NCBI RefSeq assembly: GCF_964213995.1
Contig: NC_135807.1
Location: 87,730,001-87,794,000 of the forward strand
Reading direction: 5' to 3'
DNA: 64,000 nt
DNA from: Mustelus asterias
Taxonomy: Eukaryota
Position numbers and translations under genes: made by a program. This document shows positions 1 through 12,940 of this stretch, piece after piece. Numbering within the stretch: the first letter of the stretch is position 1; each line of letters opens with the position of its first letter. The notes beneath the pieces were generated by a model. It was given only the letters and a program-made list of their open reading frames with translations. It searched no databases and was not told the DNA's origin.

Positions 1-849
1 ATCATGAGCAGGGGGTCATGAAGGGGGGATGCTTTGGGAGAGGTCACGGTTCAGGAAGGATGCCCAACACTTTATGACAATGGTTTCATGCTCATCATTA
101 GACTTTTAATTCCAGATTTTTTTTAATTGAATTAAATTGCCATAGTGGGATTCAAACCTGGGTGCCCACAGTATTACCTCAGTCTCTGGATTACTAGTGA
201 CAATACCAGCACGCCACTACCTCCTATCAACATCAGATGGACTTGAATAGGTTTTTCAAAACAAATGATAGGAAAGGAATAAGATTTGAAGACTGTGGTT
301 TGTGCTTGTGTTCATGAGCTCACACTTGCAGGCATTAGCTAATTGTCACAAATCTCCACTCTTCCAAATGTGGCAAGTTAAATAAAATATCATCAGATGT
401 GAGCCATTGGCTGAGCTTTCACATATAAATGAAGCAATCACAACTTTCTGTACTATTCTGTTTCTTATATTTCTAACTCAAAAGAAATCCATACAGGTAA
501 CTGACTAACAAAAGAAGATCATTTAAAGAATTTTGTCAAAAGATATTGGATAGGCTTGGATTTCAATTACCAGTTAACAGAGTTGTTAATTTCCTTAGAA
601 AGCCTTTTGGAATCTGTATTAAGAAATATTATGAATAGATTTATTTGTTCTTATTTTTACTTTTCTTATTTCATTCCATTTTTAATTGTTTTCCACTACA
701 TTGATAACATATCTTGTGAAATCTTATGGTGCAGCACAAATGATTCAAAAGCATTATTTACTCCAAAAGATTCTGCTGACAGACCTTCTCTAATACTTCC
801 TGGTAAATTGTTTATTATATGCTTCCTCTGCTAAATGAAAATTAGCTTA

Positions 850-900
850 ACTCCACCCAAAACCTGTGGTATAAGAAGCATTGCTCCATAAAATGTTGAA
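850..900 (+). promoter_or_regulatory. Possible core promoter of the host gene
   Basis: CCACCC box near 853, TATAAG at 870-875 and CATAAAA near 887, 90-125 nt upstream of the candidate ATG. Motif-only evidence. Confidence 0.25.
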
Positions 901-978
901 TATACTAGGTACATAGAACTAGGAGCTCAGTGTAGCAGAACAAGAGGCCAGTGATTCGGGATTTGTGATAACAACGAC

Positions 979-994
979 ATGAATTCCTTCTCAG
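979..994 (+). CDS. Putative coding exon 1 (MNSFS+G, phase 1) of a secreted permuted papain-like (LRAT/PPPDE-like) protein gene
   Basis: gacATG AAT TCC TTC TCA G|gtaaaa. The phase-1 donor joins exon 2 in frame and completes an N-terminal signal peptide. It lies in non-repetitive sequence, but the implied 36.8-kb intron makes the assignment tentative. Confidence 0.5.
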
Positions 995-1874
995 GTAAAA
1001 CGATGATTTCATTTCCCTTCTCTCCAGTGATTAACAGACATTGAAAATTAGATAATGTTCAAATGGACCTTCAGCCAAATGTTTATCGTTACGTCTTTTG
1101 CTGCAATAATGTTGTATATGTATTTGAGATGCAATTCACAATGTAACACTGCATCAAAATAGATTATTATTTTTCTTATTTGTGCAATGAGCATCTAAAA
1201 GTGAGAGAGATTATCATGTTGCCTAAAAGTTTCAAGATTAATACATTCACTTAAAGACAATATTAAAGCTAATTATGCTGAAAGTATCAATTAAAATAAT
1301 CTAGAACTATAGAATTTTACACAAGAGTACAGAGAAACATGGGCTGAAAGATTTTTGCAGCACTGATGTCGGTGTATAATGTGGTTACATATTTGTCTTA
1401 TACAAGAAGTTAAATGTATGACAAGTTTGCAAATGTTCTGTGCCCAAAGAGGGAAAGATGATTATGAAGATTATCTGGGAAATTCTTAGATATTTATTTT
1501 GTCATTGTTTTATATAAAGTGATGCAGATCCCAGGTAGGCCATGCTTTATAAATAAGATGAATAAAGCTTGGTCATTCAGTCAACATAACATTACAATGC
1601 TCGGCTCCTAAATTAGAAATCTGAGTTTGAATCTTAGCCTTGATTGACAATTATCATAATGTTCCTCCACCAAGTTTTGACTGGCATGTTGAGGGTTGAA
1701 AAGGGGGTCATTTTAACTTGTGGTAATAATATTAAACAATCTATGTTGGGTGGGATCAGTTCTGCATTATACATATCTCCTGATTTCCAATTTCTTTGAA
1801 GGTATCTGGTTTTGGTCATTTCAAACAAAGGGTGAAAATGACCTACCTGCTTGCTATACTGACTAAGCAAGAGT

Positions 1875-2036
1875 TCAGTAAGAGTTTTAACAACACCAGG
1901 TTAAAGTCCAACAGGTTTATTTGGTAGCAAATACCATAATGGTATTTGCTACCAAATAAACCTGTTGGACTTTAACCTGGTGTTGTTAAAACTCTTACTG
2001 TGTTCACCCCAGTCCAACGCCGGCATCTCCACATCA
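1875..2036 (+). mobile_element. Miniature fold-back PLE end (perfect 62-bp palindrome)
   Basis: Arms 1876-1937 and 1939-2000 with a 1-nt centre, then the PLE terminus ...ccggcatctccacatca; TSD taagcaagagt at 1864-1874 and 2037-2047. Confidence 0.88.
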
Positions 2037-2809
2037 TAAGCAAGAGTAGGCAGAAGTCAGCCGGCTAGTTACCCTGTTCTTATTACAAGCTAGGATAACA
2101 AGGATAAGGGGAAGGGATAAAAAGGACATAGGCAAAAATAAAGAAATGAAGGAGCGTTGCTAATGACCACATTATGGTGGATTTACTGCTGCAGTTCTTT
2201 AATCAGTAGTGTCATCTCACACCCTTCTGCACTGTAGGGATTCTATTCTATTTTAACCTGAGTTCCCACAGCCTAGCACTCAAATCAGGCTGTTGATAGT
2301 CGTAAATGTGGGTGGGAATTTCCTTGGAATGACAGCCACACCACCGCTGAAACTGTATCGGAAGTGTGGTGAAAACTCTGAGGATGTACGGAAGGAAATT
2401 CCTGGCCCTCATCTCCCATATATGCAGCCCCAGTAAGTAAATGCACGATTGGCAACCTGTCCTTTTTGGAATAAAGTCAAGACTTTCGTTCAAGTAATTA
2501 CTCTGTTGAAGGATAAAAATTAAATTTTGAGCACACTAATCTGCGTAGAGGAGCAGAATTCTGGGTGCCACAGATTTAAGTTGCATTGTGATAGGAAAGG
2601 CAAACACCCCAACTTGCATTAACACAATGCCTTTAATGTAGAAAACATCCCAAAGCACAGAGAAAAGCCCCAGCAATTGCAAAAGAAATAGTTGCTTCAT
2701 GAGTTGTGAGCATACGTGGCTGTGAGTCAGAAGTCTGTTTGTTTGGATGGAAGCCGATATTCCAGTCCAAGGAATGCTACAATGTTAGATGTATCCCCAC
2801 CTTTGGATG

Positions 2810-3000
2810 TTGCGGATCCCATGGAATTATGTGAAGAAAAGCAGGGAGTTCCCCCAGAGTCATACACTCCTCCCTTAACCATGATCACCACAGAAGATTA
2901 AAGGGCTGTTCCAACTGTTGTGGAATATTACATTTGTACAACATGGCTGTTGCATTTGCTGACAGTGACAGTCAGCATTTCAAAGTAATTAGTTTGGTCA
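2810..3000 (+). mobile_element. Possible ancient Deu-domain SINE fragment
   Basis: ggatcccatgg...gaagaaaagcagggagttccccc...catggctgttgcattt...ttcaaagtaatt resembles the Deu-SINE core from memory; heavily diverged. Confidence 0.35.
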
Positions 3001-3914
3001 ATGAGTTAAAGTGATAGATACACACACTCACCTTTTAAAATCAAACTCCAGAATACCGAAACTAAAAATAGAAGAAATCCACACGAGTCTGAATCGTGCT
3101 TCATAAAATATGAGTTATGAATTGGAGACAAGGCTAAGACCGTATATTTGATTTGATTTATTATTGTCACATACCAAGATACAGTGAAAATATGACTAAC
3201 ATAGGATTTCAAAAGTTAAAACATTCTGGGTTCAATAGCAGAACCCTTTCAGAAATTGGGTTCAGTAATTCTGATGGAGGCTGAAATTCTGATTGGACCT
3301 GTTAACAGCTCCCTGCCATGAGTTATTAGACACAGTGAAGCCTGGAGTAAGCATAGTTCTTGAGTACTTCAAACATATCCCAAGGGGATGCCAAAGAAAG
3401 CAGCGGGCGGCGGAGGGGGGGGGGGGGGGGGGGGGGGGGCGGTGAGGTGATGGGGGGGGAGGTGTGGAGCTGAGTGGGAGGACTTTCCACACCAAAGATT
3501 TTCCTGGCCCCAGCTTCTCTGACCCAAAAATACAGAAGGACTCAGTATATGGTTGCCCAGGTTAGCATTTAAATTGGGCACCCTTCCCCTACTCCCAGCT
3601 ACTTCAGCAGGATCAGAAAGGCCAATGATGTGTACTCCCGGGCACTTACAACTGATGAGCAGCCCTGTGGATTTTTTCTTAGTTTCTTTTATCACAATTT
3701 GAATTCAGTACAGGAGTCAAAACAATCAGGGAATTAACTCAGCAGCAAGGGGCCCAGAGAAATTCAACTCCTGGGACACCACCTTCGTGGCCTTAGTCAG
3801 TCTCTTGCCCTGAGTCAGTGGAGAGAAGCAGCTACTCAGCAGGTGGGAATACCAGCAGGATGGAGTTCTTGGCACAGTGTCCCGAGAAAGGGCTTCAGGG
3901 TGGCATCATGACCT

Positions 3915-4238
3915 GGCACGGTAGCACAGTGGTTAGCACTGCTGCTTCACAGCTCCAGCGACCTGGGTTCAATTCCCGGCTCGGGTCACTGTCTGTGTGG
4001 AGTTTGCACATTCTCCTCGTGTCTGCGTGGGTTTCCTCCCACAGTCCAAAGATGTGCGGGTTAGATTGATTGGCCATGCTAAAGTTGCCCCTTAGTGTCC
4101 TGAGCTGTGCAGCTTAGAGGAATTAGTGGGTAAGTATGTAGGGATATGGGGTAGGGCCTGGGTGGGATTGTGGTCGGTACAGACTCGATGGGCTAAATGG
4201 CCTCTTTCTGTACTGTAGGGTTTCTATGATTCTATGAT
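3915..4238 (+). mobile_element. HE1-type tRNA-derived SINE
   Basis: ggcacggtagcacagtggttagc A box, gggttcaattccc B box, CR1-type tail and (tctatgat)n end. Confidence 0.9.
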
Positions 4239-4567
4239 GATTAAACGTTGGGTGGGGAGGGGTACCTGGTGCAGGGGAACTGAAACTTTCCTCATGGAGC
4301 TCAGGTGAGCACTCCTGTACTTCCTGATCCCACAAAGAAAAAGAAATGAAGAAGAATATTTCGGCCTCTTCTGACACTGTAAGCCTCTTGTTAAAAAAGC
4401 AGTTGAATGTTGATAATATAATTGAAGTCCAATTTGCACATTTATAGATTTTTGACGGTTCTCCGTGGTGAACCTCTTGCCTGCTCAGAAGAGCAGGTTA
4501 AATTGGAACTCACAGGATTCAACATTTACCACCTGATGACCCCACTCTTCCTTCTTCATTTAACAAT

Positions 4568-4901
4568 GGGGGAGGTGATAGCCTTGTGGTATTATCGCTA
4601 GGCTATTAATCCAGAGACTCAGCTAATGTTCTGGGGATCCGGTTTCGAATCCCACCACAGCAGATGGTGGAATTTGAATTCAATAAAAAAATCTGGAATT
4701 AAGAATCCACTGATGACCATGAAACCATTGTCGATTGTCGGAAAAACCCATCTGGTTCACTAATATCCTTTAAGGAAGGAAACCTAACTTCAGAGCCACA
4801 GCAATGTGGTTGACTCTCAACTGCCCTCTGAACAAGGGCAACTAGGGATGGGCAATAAATGCTGGCCAGCCAGTGACACCCATATCCCAGGAAGGAATAA
4901 A
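4568..4901 (+). mobile_element. Second tRNA-derived SINE family
   Basis: B box ggtttcgaatccc; tail gggatgggcaataaatgctggcc...cccat. Related fragments at 72-225, 21270-21385, 57110-57180, 61055-61640 and 62420-62510. Confidence 0.7.
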
Positions 4902-7149
4902 TTCCTGAACTCATTATTGACTCAGAACTCAAACCAGAACGCAAATCTTCTCCTTTGCCAAAGTTGCTGCAAGAAGCTGGATTTTCTGTTTAGTTCTTTT
5001 CTTTAGTGTCATATAAATCCCGAGCTTGAATGAGATTTGAGTAGTGCCACTACATTTGGGGAAGAGTGGGGGTTCTTCAGACCCGCCTCTTATAATCCTG
5101 AAAACAGTACAAGACAAAAGTTGCCATCCATTTGGCAATCCTTCTTTGTCCCTGACAGCATCCAACCTCTCTCTGCATTGCAACTCCTTTTGTTATAGTT
5201 CTTTATTTATAAATATGACTACATCCTCCTCTGAACTTTTTAGCTCTTGTTTCACTTTTCCTGATCTTGACATCCTCTCCACCCCTGCACTGCAATTCCC
5301 AACCCCACGCCCCCCTCCCTTCAGCGCCCCCACTACCCATTGATTTGAAATTCAAACTGTAGCTTTGATGGGTATTCATAAAGACACCAGCAAAGCCTAA
5401 GGGTTAAAAGGGCTAACTCTGGATCAGTCTAAGGACTGTGGGAGTAGCAAAGAACAGGATATGCAGCTTTGGAACAAACACGAGTATTGATTGGACAGTG
5501 GCTGTTGCTATGCCTTGAACAGTGATTAAACACAGATCCCCATGTGTCATATTCTTGAGACAATTATGACCCCCTGACAGAGGCACGACTCTCAATATTC
5601 GTGACCAAAAAGACAGTGATTGATTAGTTCTTGTCCTTGGAGTATGTGACTGGAAACATGATCAGTGCCAGCAGGATCTCTATAAGGAGAAAAGGCCAAG
5701 TGACACTGACAGCAGTAAACTGGGATCAACCACTGAGTCTGGGACTCAGACATTGGAACAAAACCCATTAGCAGGGAATCTGATCAGTTTGCCTCACCAC
5801 GCTAGCATCTCTAAGTCCAATTCATGAGTTTGGATATCTTGTGAGGTTTTGATACATTTTTAATACTTGTGTGTATAATAGAGTGGGTCAAAGGTTAGCT
5901 ACTTTGTGTGTAACCAAGTAAGTCAGCGGTGAGTTACTTTATGAATAACAAAGTTTGATGCCTGGTGTAATTTTGTGGTAACTTGGTAAGATACAATACA
6001 GGGGATTTCTTGTACGATAACTCGAGGGTTTGAGCGTCTTTGTCCATGGCATCAGTTGACCAAGTTCGAGGACAACAAAACTTAAAACACTGTCTCTGAA
6101 TGTAACATGTTTTACTTGGGTTGCAAAGATTACCTCCCTCAGTCTGACCTTCCTGCTAAAAAAGCCAATAGTTCCTGATTTACTTCATCTCTTTCTATTC
6201 ATGTAAGCCTTGGCTGTGCCCTGAATATGAGCTTTGTAAATATAGCCACAGTCCCAGAGGCTGCTCTCCCCTTTGAGAGAGAGCTGACTGATGGTGATTT
6301 AAGCTGAGGGGCAACATCCATTAGTTGAAGGGCAGCAAAAACAGAAAATGCTGAGCTGGTCTGACTGCATTTGTGGAGAGAGAGGTGAAGGGCAAGATTG
6401 AGAAGTTGGGGCCTTCATAAATAACCTCAGCCAGTACGGGAATGGAACGCATGCTGTTGGCATCGTTCCACATGTTCCACATCATGAATTAGCCACCCCG
6501 CTTTAGTCCTTAATTTGCCTTTGTCACCTCATTTTATAGCTGCAGAGAGAGGCGTCAAAATAAGAATTCGAAATCATGGAAAAAAGTAGCTCCATAATGA
6601 TTAAAGCACATCAAATAATCTTTGCTCAAGGAAGTCATAGTAAAAGATAAACATCAAGCCTCCTTAAATACTCAGGTATGCAGTCGATGGATGGATGATA
6701 CAAGATGGGTGCATTGCCTTCCCTGCCACTATTTCTGCTTTATGCTCCCAGTACATCGAGTTCCATAATGGCTGGGGTTGGGGAGTAGAAAATTCATAGA
6801 GTTGATCCTTAAAATTACACCTACAAAGCAAAAGGAGGAACAGTGCTTGAGAGGAGTGAGGAGAGGAAGTAAGTTGTGCAATCTCGGCAACCCTTGTAAA
6901 GAGATGAAACTTTCCCGGATAGATTTGACTTTTGGCTGAGTGATATAGAATGCGATGGCCAGCTTCATCTGCCACCAGCAAATCCGCCCTTGTAGTTTTG
7001 AGGCCTCAGCTTATTTTAAGTTTGACAAATGATTTTAGGCATCCTGGTAAAACCTATTGGATTGAGGCAAGAATAGCACAGGGTACATTGCAGGGAGGGC
7101 GTCACAATTGTGGAATGTGGGGATTCTGGGTGGCAGTCACCTGGATTAC

Positions 7150-7612
7150 AGAGAGATTAATTAGGAGCAGGAGCAGGCCACTCGGCCCCTCAAGCCTGCT
7201 GCACCATTTCATAATTCATGGCTGAGCTGATTGTAATTTCAACCCCACATTTCCACCTACCCCCAACAACCTACCCCCTCGCTTGTCAAGAATCTGTCTA
7301 CCTCTGCGTTAAAAATATCCAAAGACTCTGCTTCCACTGTCTTTGGAAGAAGATAGTTCCAAAGACTCACTACCCTCTGAAAGAAAAAAGATTCTCCTTC
7401 ACCTCAGTCTGAAATGGGTGACCTTTATTTTTAAACAGCGACCCCTAGTTTCAGATTCTCCTGCCACACCCACCCTGTCAATACCCCTCAGGATCTTACA
7501 TGTTTCAATCAAGTTGCCACTTACTCATCTATACTCCAGCGATACAAGCCTAGCCTGTCCAACCTTTCCTCATAACATAACCCACTCATTCCAGCTATTA
7601 GTCTGGTAAACC
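7150..7612 (-). mobile_element. CR1 LINE 3' fragment
   Basis: Reverse-strand CR1 3' end (aggagcaggccactcggcccctcaagcctg) followed by degenerate ORF2 C-terminus. Confidence 0.65.
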
Positions 7613-7962
7613 CGGAAGGAGCACTCTGCCTCCTGAAAGCCTCACAAAAATAATTCAACTCTCACCTCCAGCTGGCCACCTTCAGTCCTGCCGCCTATGA
7701 AACCGGTCAGAGTTTGAGCTGCGATCAGTCCCAACCTAAAATGGCAATTGGGGTCCAATCGTAAGATCCCAATTTCCATATTAAAAGGAGTGGGTAGTCT
7801 GGAAAGCCAGCAGTAGACAATGAAAATCATATACATTTCAGAAAACAATTTTGCAATATAGGTAATTTGCTATGTGGTAAGTATTGGTGAGTATTGCATG
7901 CTTGGGAGCCAAAGGTGAACCTGCACCTGTGTTCATCATCAATGCTTTCCTTGCATTATTTC

Positions 7963-8266
7963 ATAGAATCATAGAACCTTAGTATCTACAGTGCAGAAGG
8001 AGGCCATTTGACCCATCGAGTCTGCATCAACAACAATCCCACCCAGGTCCTGTCCCCGTAACCCCATATATTTACCCTCCTAATCCCCCTGACACTAAGG
8101 GGCAATTTAGCATGGCCAATCAACCAAACCTGCACATCTTTGAACTGTGGGAGGAAACCCACACAGAGGGAATGTGCAAACTCCACACAGTCACCTGAGG
8201 CCAGAATTGAACCTGGGTCCCTGGTGCTGTGAGGCAGTAGTGCTAACCACTGTGCCACCGTGCCGC
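7963..8266 (-). mobile_element. HE1-type SINE
   Basis: Reverse complement of the same family; abuts the 5' end of the CR1 at 8270. Confidence 0.88.
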
Positions 8267-8269
8267 CCC

Positions 8270-10439
8270 TGGCAGGGTCTGTTAGGCAGGAATTGGTGGA
8301 TGTTGGTTGGGAGAGGATGTTCGAGGGTAAGTCCGCGTCTGGCATGTGGGAGTCTTTTAAGGAACTATTGATAAGGCTGCAGGATAGGCATGTGCCTGTA
8401 AAAAGGAAAGATAGGAAAGGTAGGATTCGAGAGCCGTGGATAACCAGGGAAATTGAGGATCTGATTAAAATGAAAAGGGAGGCGTACGTTAAGTCCAGGA
8501 AACTGAAAACAGATGCAGCTCTGGAGGAATACAGAGAGAGTAGGAAAGAACTCAAACGGGGAGTTAGAAGGGCAAAAAGAGGTCACGAGATGTTCTTGGC
8601 AGGCAGGATTAAGGAGAATCCTAAGGCATTCTATTCATACATTAGGAACAAAAGAGTTGTCAGGGAGAAAATCGGACCTCTCAGGGACAAAGGAGGGGAA
8701 TTATGCTTAGAACCCAAGGGAATAGGGGAGATCCTAAATGAATACTTTGCATCGGTATTCATGAAGGAGAGGGACGTGTTAACCGGGAGTGTCTCGGAGG
8801 GAGGTGTTGACCCGTTAGAGAAAATCTCCATTACAAGAGAGGAAGTGTTAGGTTTTTTAGGGAACATTAAAACTGACAAAGCCCCAGGGCCTGATGGCAT
8901 CTATCCTTGACTGCTCAGGGAGATGAGAGATGAAATTGCTGGGCCTCTGACGGAAATCTTTGTCGCTTCTTTGGACACGGGTGAGGTCCCTGAGGATTGG
9001 AGGATAGCGAATGTGGTCCTGTTGTTTAAGAAGGGTAGCAGGGATAACCCAGGAAATTATAGGCCGGTGAGCTTGACGTCCGTGGTAGGGAAGTTGTTGG
9101 AGAGGATTCTTAGAGACAGGATGTATGTGCATTTAGAACGGAACAATCTCATTAGTGACAGACAGCATGGTTTTGTGAGAGGGAGGTCGTGCCTTACAAA
9201 TTTGGTGGAGTTTTTTGAGGAAGTGACAAAAACGGTTGATGAAGGAAGGGCCGTGGATGTCATCTATATGGATTTCAGTAAGGCATTTGACAAAGTCCCA
9301 CATGGCAGGTTGGTTAAGAAGGTTAAGGCTCATGGGATACAAGGAGAAGTGGCTAGATGGGTGGAGAACTGGCTTGGCCATAGGAGACAGAGGGTAGTGG
9401 TCGAAGGGTATTTTTCCGGCTGGAGATCTGTGACCAATGGTGTTCCGTAGGGCTCTGTACTGGGACCTCTGCTATTTGTGATATATATAAATGATTTGGA
9501 AGAAGGTGTAACTGGTGTAATCAGCAAGTTTGCGGATGACACGAAGATGGCTGGACTTGCAGATAGCGAAGAGCAATGTCGGGCAATACAGCAGGATATA
9601 GATAGGCTGGAAAATTGGGCGGCGAGGTGGCAGATGGAGTTTAATCCGGATAAATGCGAAGTGATGCATTTTGTAAGAAATAATGTAGGGAGGAGTTATA
9701 CAATAAATGGCAGAGTCATCAGGAGTATAGAAACACAGAGGGACCTAGGTGTGCAAGTCCACAAATCCTTGAAGGTGACAACACAGGTGGAGAAGGTGGT
9801 GAAGAAGGCATATGGTATGCTTGCCTTTATAGGACGGGGTATAGAGTATAAAAGCTGGAGTCTGATGATGCAGCTGTATAGAACGCTGGTTAGGCCACAT
9901 TTGGAGTACTGCGTCCAGTTCTGGTCGCCGCATTACCAGAAGGACGTGGAGGCGTTAGAGAGAGTGCAGAGAAGGTTTACCAGGATGTTGCCTGGTATGG
10001 AGGGTCTTAGCTATGAGGAGAGATTGGGTAAACTGGGGTTGTTGTCCCTGGAAAGACGGAGAATGAGGGGAGATCTAATAGAGGTGTACAAGATTATGAA
10101 GGGTATAGATAGGGTGAACAGTGGGAAGCTTTTTCCCAGGTCGGAGGTGACGATCACGAGGGGTCACGGGCTCAAGGTGAGAGGGGCGAAGTATAACTCA
10201 GATATCAGAGGGACGTTTTTTACACAGAGGGTGGTGGGGGCCTGGAATGCGCTGCCAAGTAGGGTGGTGGAGGCAGGCACGCTGACATCGTTTAAGACTT
10301 ACCTGGATAGTCACATGAGCAGCCTGGGAATGGAGGGATACAAACGATTGGTCTAGTTGGACCAAGGAGCGGCACAGGCTTGGAGGGCCGAAGGGCCTGT
10401 TTCCTGTGCTGTACTGTGCTTTGTTCTTTGTTCTTTGTT
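8270..10439 (+). mobile_element. 5'-truncated CR1-clade LINE (HER1-like), ORF2 broken by two in-frame stops
   Basis: ORFs 8260-8910, 8923-9450 and 9478-10356 share one frame; KAPGPDG, NYRPVSL, DFSKAFDKVPH and KFADD RT motifs; (gttcttt)n 3' tail. Confidence 0.93.
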
Positions 10440-11175
10440 GTGGACTAATTTAAAAAGTTTTATTGCTACAGTTAGTCAAGAACTCCATTGTCATTATACC
10501 ATGTAATTATCAGCAGGAGAGAAAACCTTGGTCTTCTTTTCACCTTATAATGCCTACATTTCTATGTAGGCTCCTTTCAAAATATTGCTGGTCACATCAG
10601 CAGTATTAACAGGGCAGTAGGACTGCCGACACAATTTTAAGATTGTTAATGCCAAGAATAGCTAGTTAAAATTAAACCCAGTCATACTCGATCCTTTGAA
10701 ATAATAAGATGGAATAATCAGTAGCCTTCAGACATTTCTGATGTGGGAATAAACAGATGCTTCAAAAAGAAAGTGTCAAAAATAATACCATACCTTCATT
10801 CCAGCAGGGAATCTGAAGTAACCACCGGATTAATACTGGCCAACTTGGATGAAGTAAGTGTGCCAGGAGATAAAAACTAACATGGGTGCAACCACCAACT
10901 AAATTACGATAGGGATGCTTAATGGCCACCCACACACATGCCCCTCCCACATTCCTGGACTGTCTGCACACCCCTTAACTTTTCATTAACCTCATTATTG
11001 CCCAGACAATCAAATGACGGTCTGTGGTGCAGACTCTTTCAACAGAACTGTGTTTGCAACACTCTGCACTGTTCAATTTGGGACAAAAATAGAACACGCT
11101 GGAAATATAAGCAGATCCCACCAGCATTTAAAAAGAGAAAAGGCAGTCCTTCTGTGTAGCTCTCAGGAGTAATGT

Positions 11176-12399
11176 CCCCCCGCCAACCCCCCCCATCCCC
11201 TCCAACACCCCAGCCCCCACCCCTCCAACCACCCCCCTCAACAATCCCCACCCCCCCAACCCCCCCCCAACCTCCCCAGCCCCCAACCCCCCAACCCCCC
11301 CAGACCCCCACAACCCCCCAAACCCCCCCAACCCCCCCAGCCCCCAACCCCCTCCAACCCCCTCAACAACCCCCCACCACCCCAAACCCCCCCAACCTCC
11401 CCACACCCCCAGCCCCCCCCCGCCCCCCTCCAGCCCCCCCACCCCCCCCACCCTCCCACAACCCCCCACCCCTCCCACAGCCCCCCCAATCCTCCCACAA
11501 CCACCCCACCCCTCCAACCTCCCACCCCCCCAACCCCCCCCACCCGCCCCCCCAACCCCCCCCCCCCCCCCCCAACCCCCCCACCCTCCCCCTCCCACCC
11601 TCCCTCCTCCCCCCCTCCCCTTCCACCCTCCCCCCTCCCCCCCCTCCCCTTCCAACCTCCCCCCACCCTCCCCCCTCCCCCCACCCTCCTCCCCCCCACC
11701 CTCCCCCCTCCCCCTCACCACCCCTCCCCCCACCACCCCTCCCCCCCCCCACCCCTCCACCCTCCCCCCTTCCCCCCCACCCCCTCCCCCCAATCCCCCC
11801 ACCCTCCCCCCAATCCCCCCACCCTCCCCCCAATCCCCCCCCACCCTCCCCCCCAATCCCCCACCCTCCCCCCAATCCCCCCAATCTCCCCCCAATCCCC
11901 CAACCCCCCCAACAATCCCCCCCAACCCCCCCAACCCCCCCCAAACCCCCCTCCCAACCCCCCCAAACCCCTCCCAAACCCCCCTCCCAACACCCCCCAC
12001 CCCCCCTCCCAACCCCCCCCCCCTCCCAACCCCCACCCCCCCCCCCACCCCCCTCCCACCCCCCCCAACACCCCCACCCCCCCCTCCCCAACACCCCCCA
12101 CCCCCCCCTCCCAACACCCCCAACCCCCCCTCCCCACCCCCCCTCCCAACCCCCCCAACCCCCCAACTCAATCCCCCCCCAACCCCCCCAAACCCCCCCA
12201 ACCCCCCCCTAACCCCAACCCCCCCAACCCCCCCCAACCCCCACCCAAACCCCCCCCAACCCCCCACCCAACAACCCCCCCCAACCCCAACCCCCCCAAC
12301 CCCCCACCCCAACCCCCACCCCCCCCCAACCCCAACCCCCCCCCAACCCCACCCCCCCCCCAACCCAACCCCCCCCCCCCAACCCCAAACCCCCCCCCC
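11176..12399. repeat. 1.2-kb C-rich low-complexity tract
   Basis: Almost entirely C runs separated by A/T; source of the poly-Pro and poly-Gly ORFs. Confidence 0.95.
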
Positions 12400-12635
12400 A
12401 GCTGCAGGTTTGTAGGCAGGGAGGTGGCTATAAGCTTCTTCAGCTAGCTTTCCCACTGCCTTTCGCCCACCCCAACCTCTCTGCAATTTGATGGTGGAAC
12501 AGTTGAGGCCTTGGTTGGCTCGCATATCTTGCCCCAATTGAGGCCCTTAAGTAGGCAACTAATGATCACTTAAGGGCTGTTTCCAGCCTCAATTTTTAGG
12601 CTGACGGGAAGTGTAAAAACTGTGGAAAGTGGGTA

Positions 12636-12940
12636 GAGGGTGTAGATACATTAGGGAGGGAGTGGGGGGGATGCAGAATCAGTCGGGGAGGGGTGGGGGA
12701 GGGTTGTAGAAACAGTCGGAGGGGATGGGGGATGTAGAAACAGTAAGAAGGAGATGGGGGGGTTATAGAAACAGTGGGGAGGGGGTGGGGATGTAGAAAT
12801 GCTAGGGAGGGGGTTGGGGGTGTAGAAACAGTGGGGAGGGGGTGGGGGTTGTAGAAACAGTTGGGAGGAGATGGGGGGGTGTAGAAATAGTGGGAGTGAG
12901 GGTTTGGGGTGTAGAAACACTGGGGAGGTTTGGAGGGTGT
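12636..12940 (+). repeat. G-rich minisatellite, roughly 29-bp unit (gggtgtagaaacagtggggagggg...)
   Basis: About 10 degenerate copies of the tgtagaaac core. Confidence 0.8.

Noticed and set aside
3915-3990. tRNA-like A and B boxes as real tRNA genes (here and at other SINE heads)
   Set aside because: Each continues into the SINE body and LINE-derived tail; they are SINE promoters.
3818-4377. Recurrent short ORFs such as GTVAQWLALLPHSARDPGS and MCKLHTDSDPSRE across the window
   Set aside because: They are translations of HE1 SINE copies, not a protein family.
11039-12537. Long poly-Pro (346 aa) and poly-Gly (469 aa) ORFs resembling extensins or glycine-rich proteins
   Set aside because: They arise in several frames on both strands from a stop-poor C/G tract; no splice or codon evidence.
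12636-12940. Regularly spaced tgtagaaac repeats as a CRISPR-like array
   Set aside because: The intervening sequences are similar G-rich runs, not unique spacers; vertebrate context, no cas genes.
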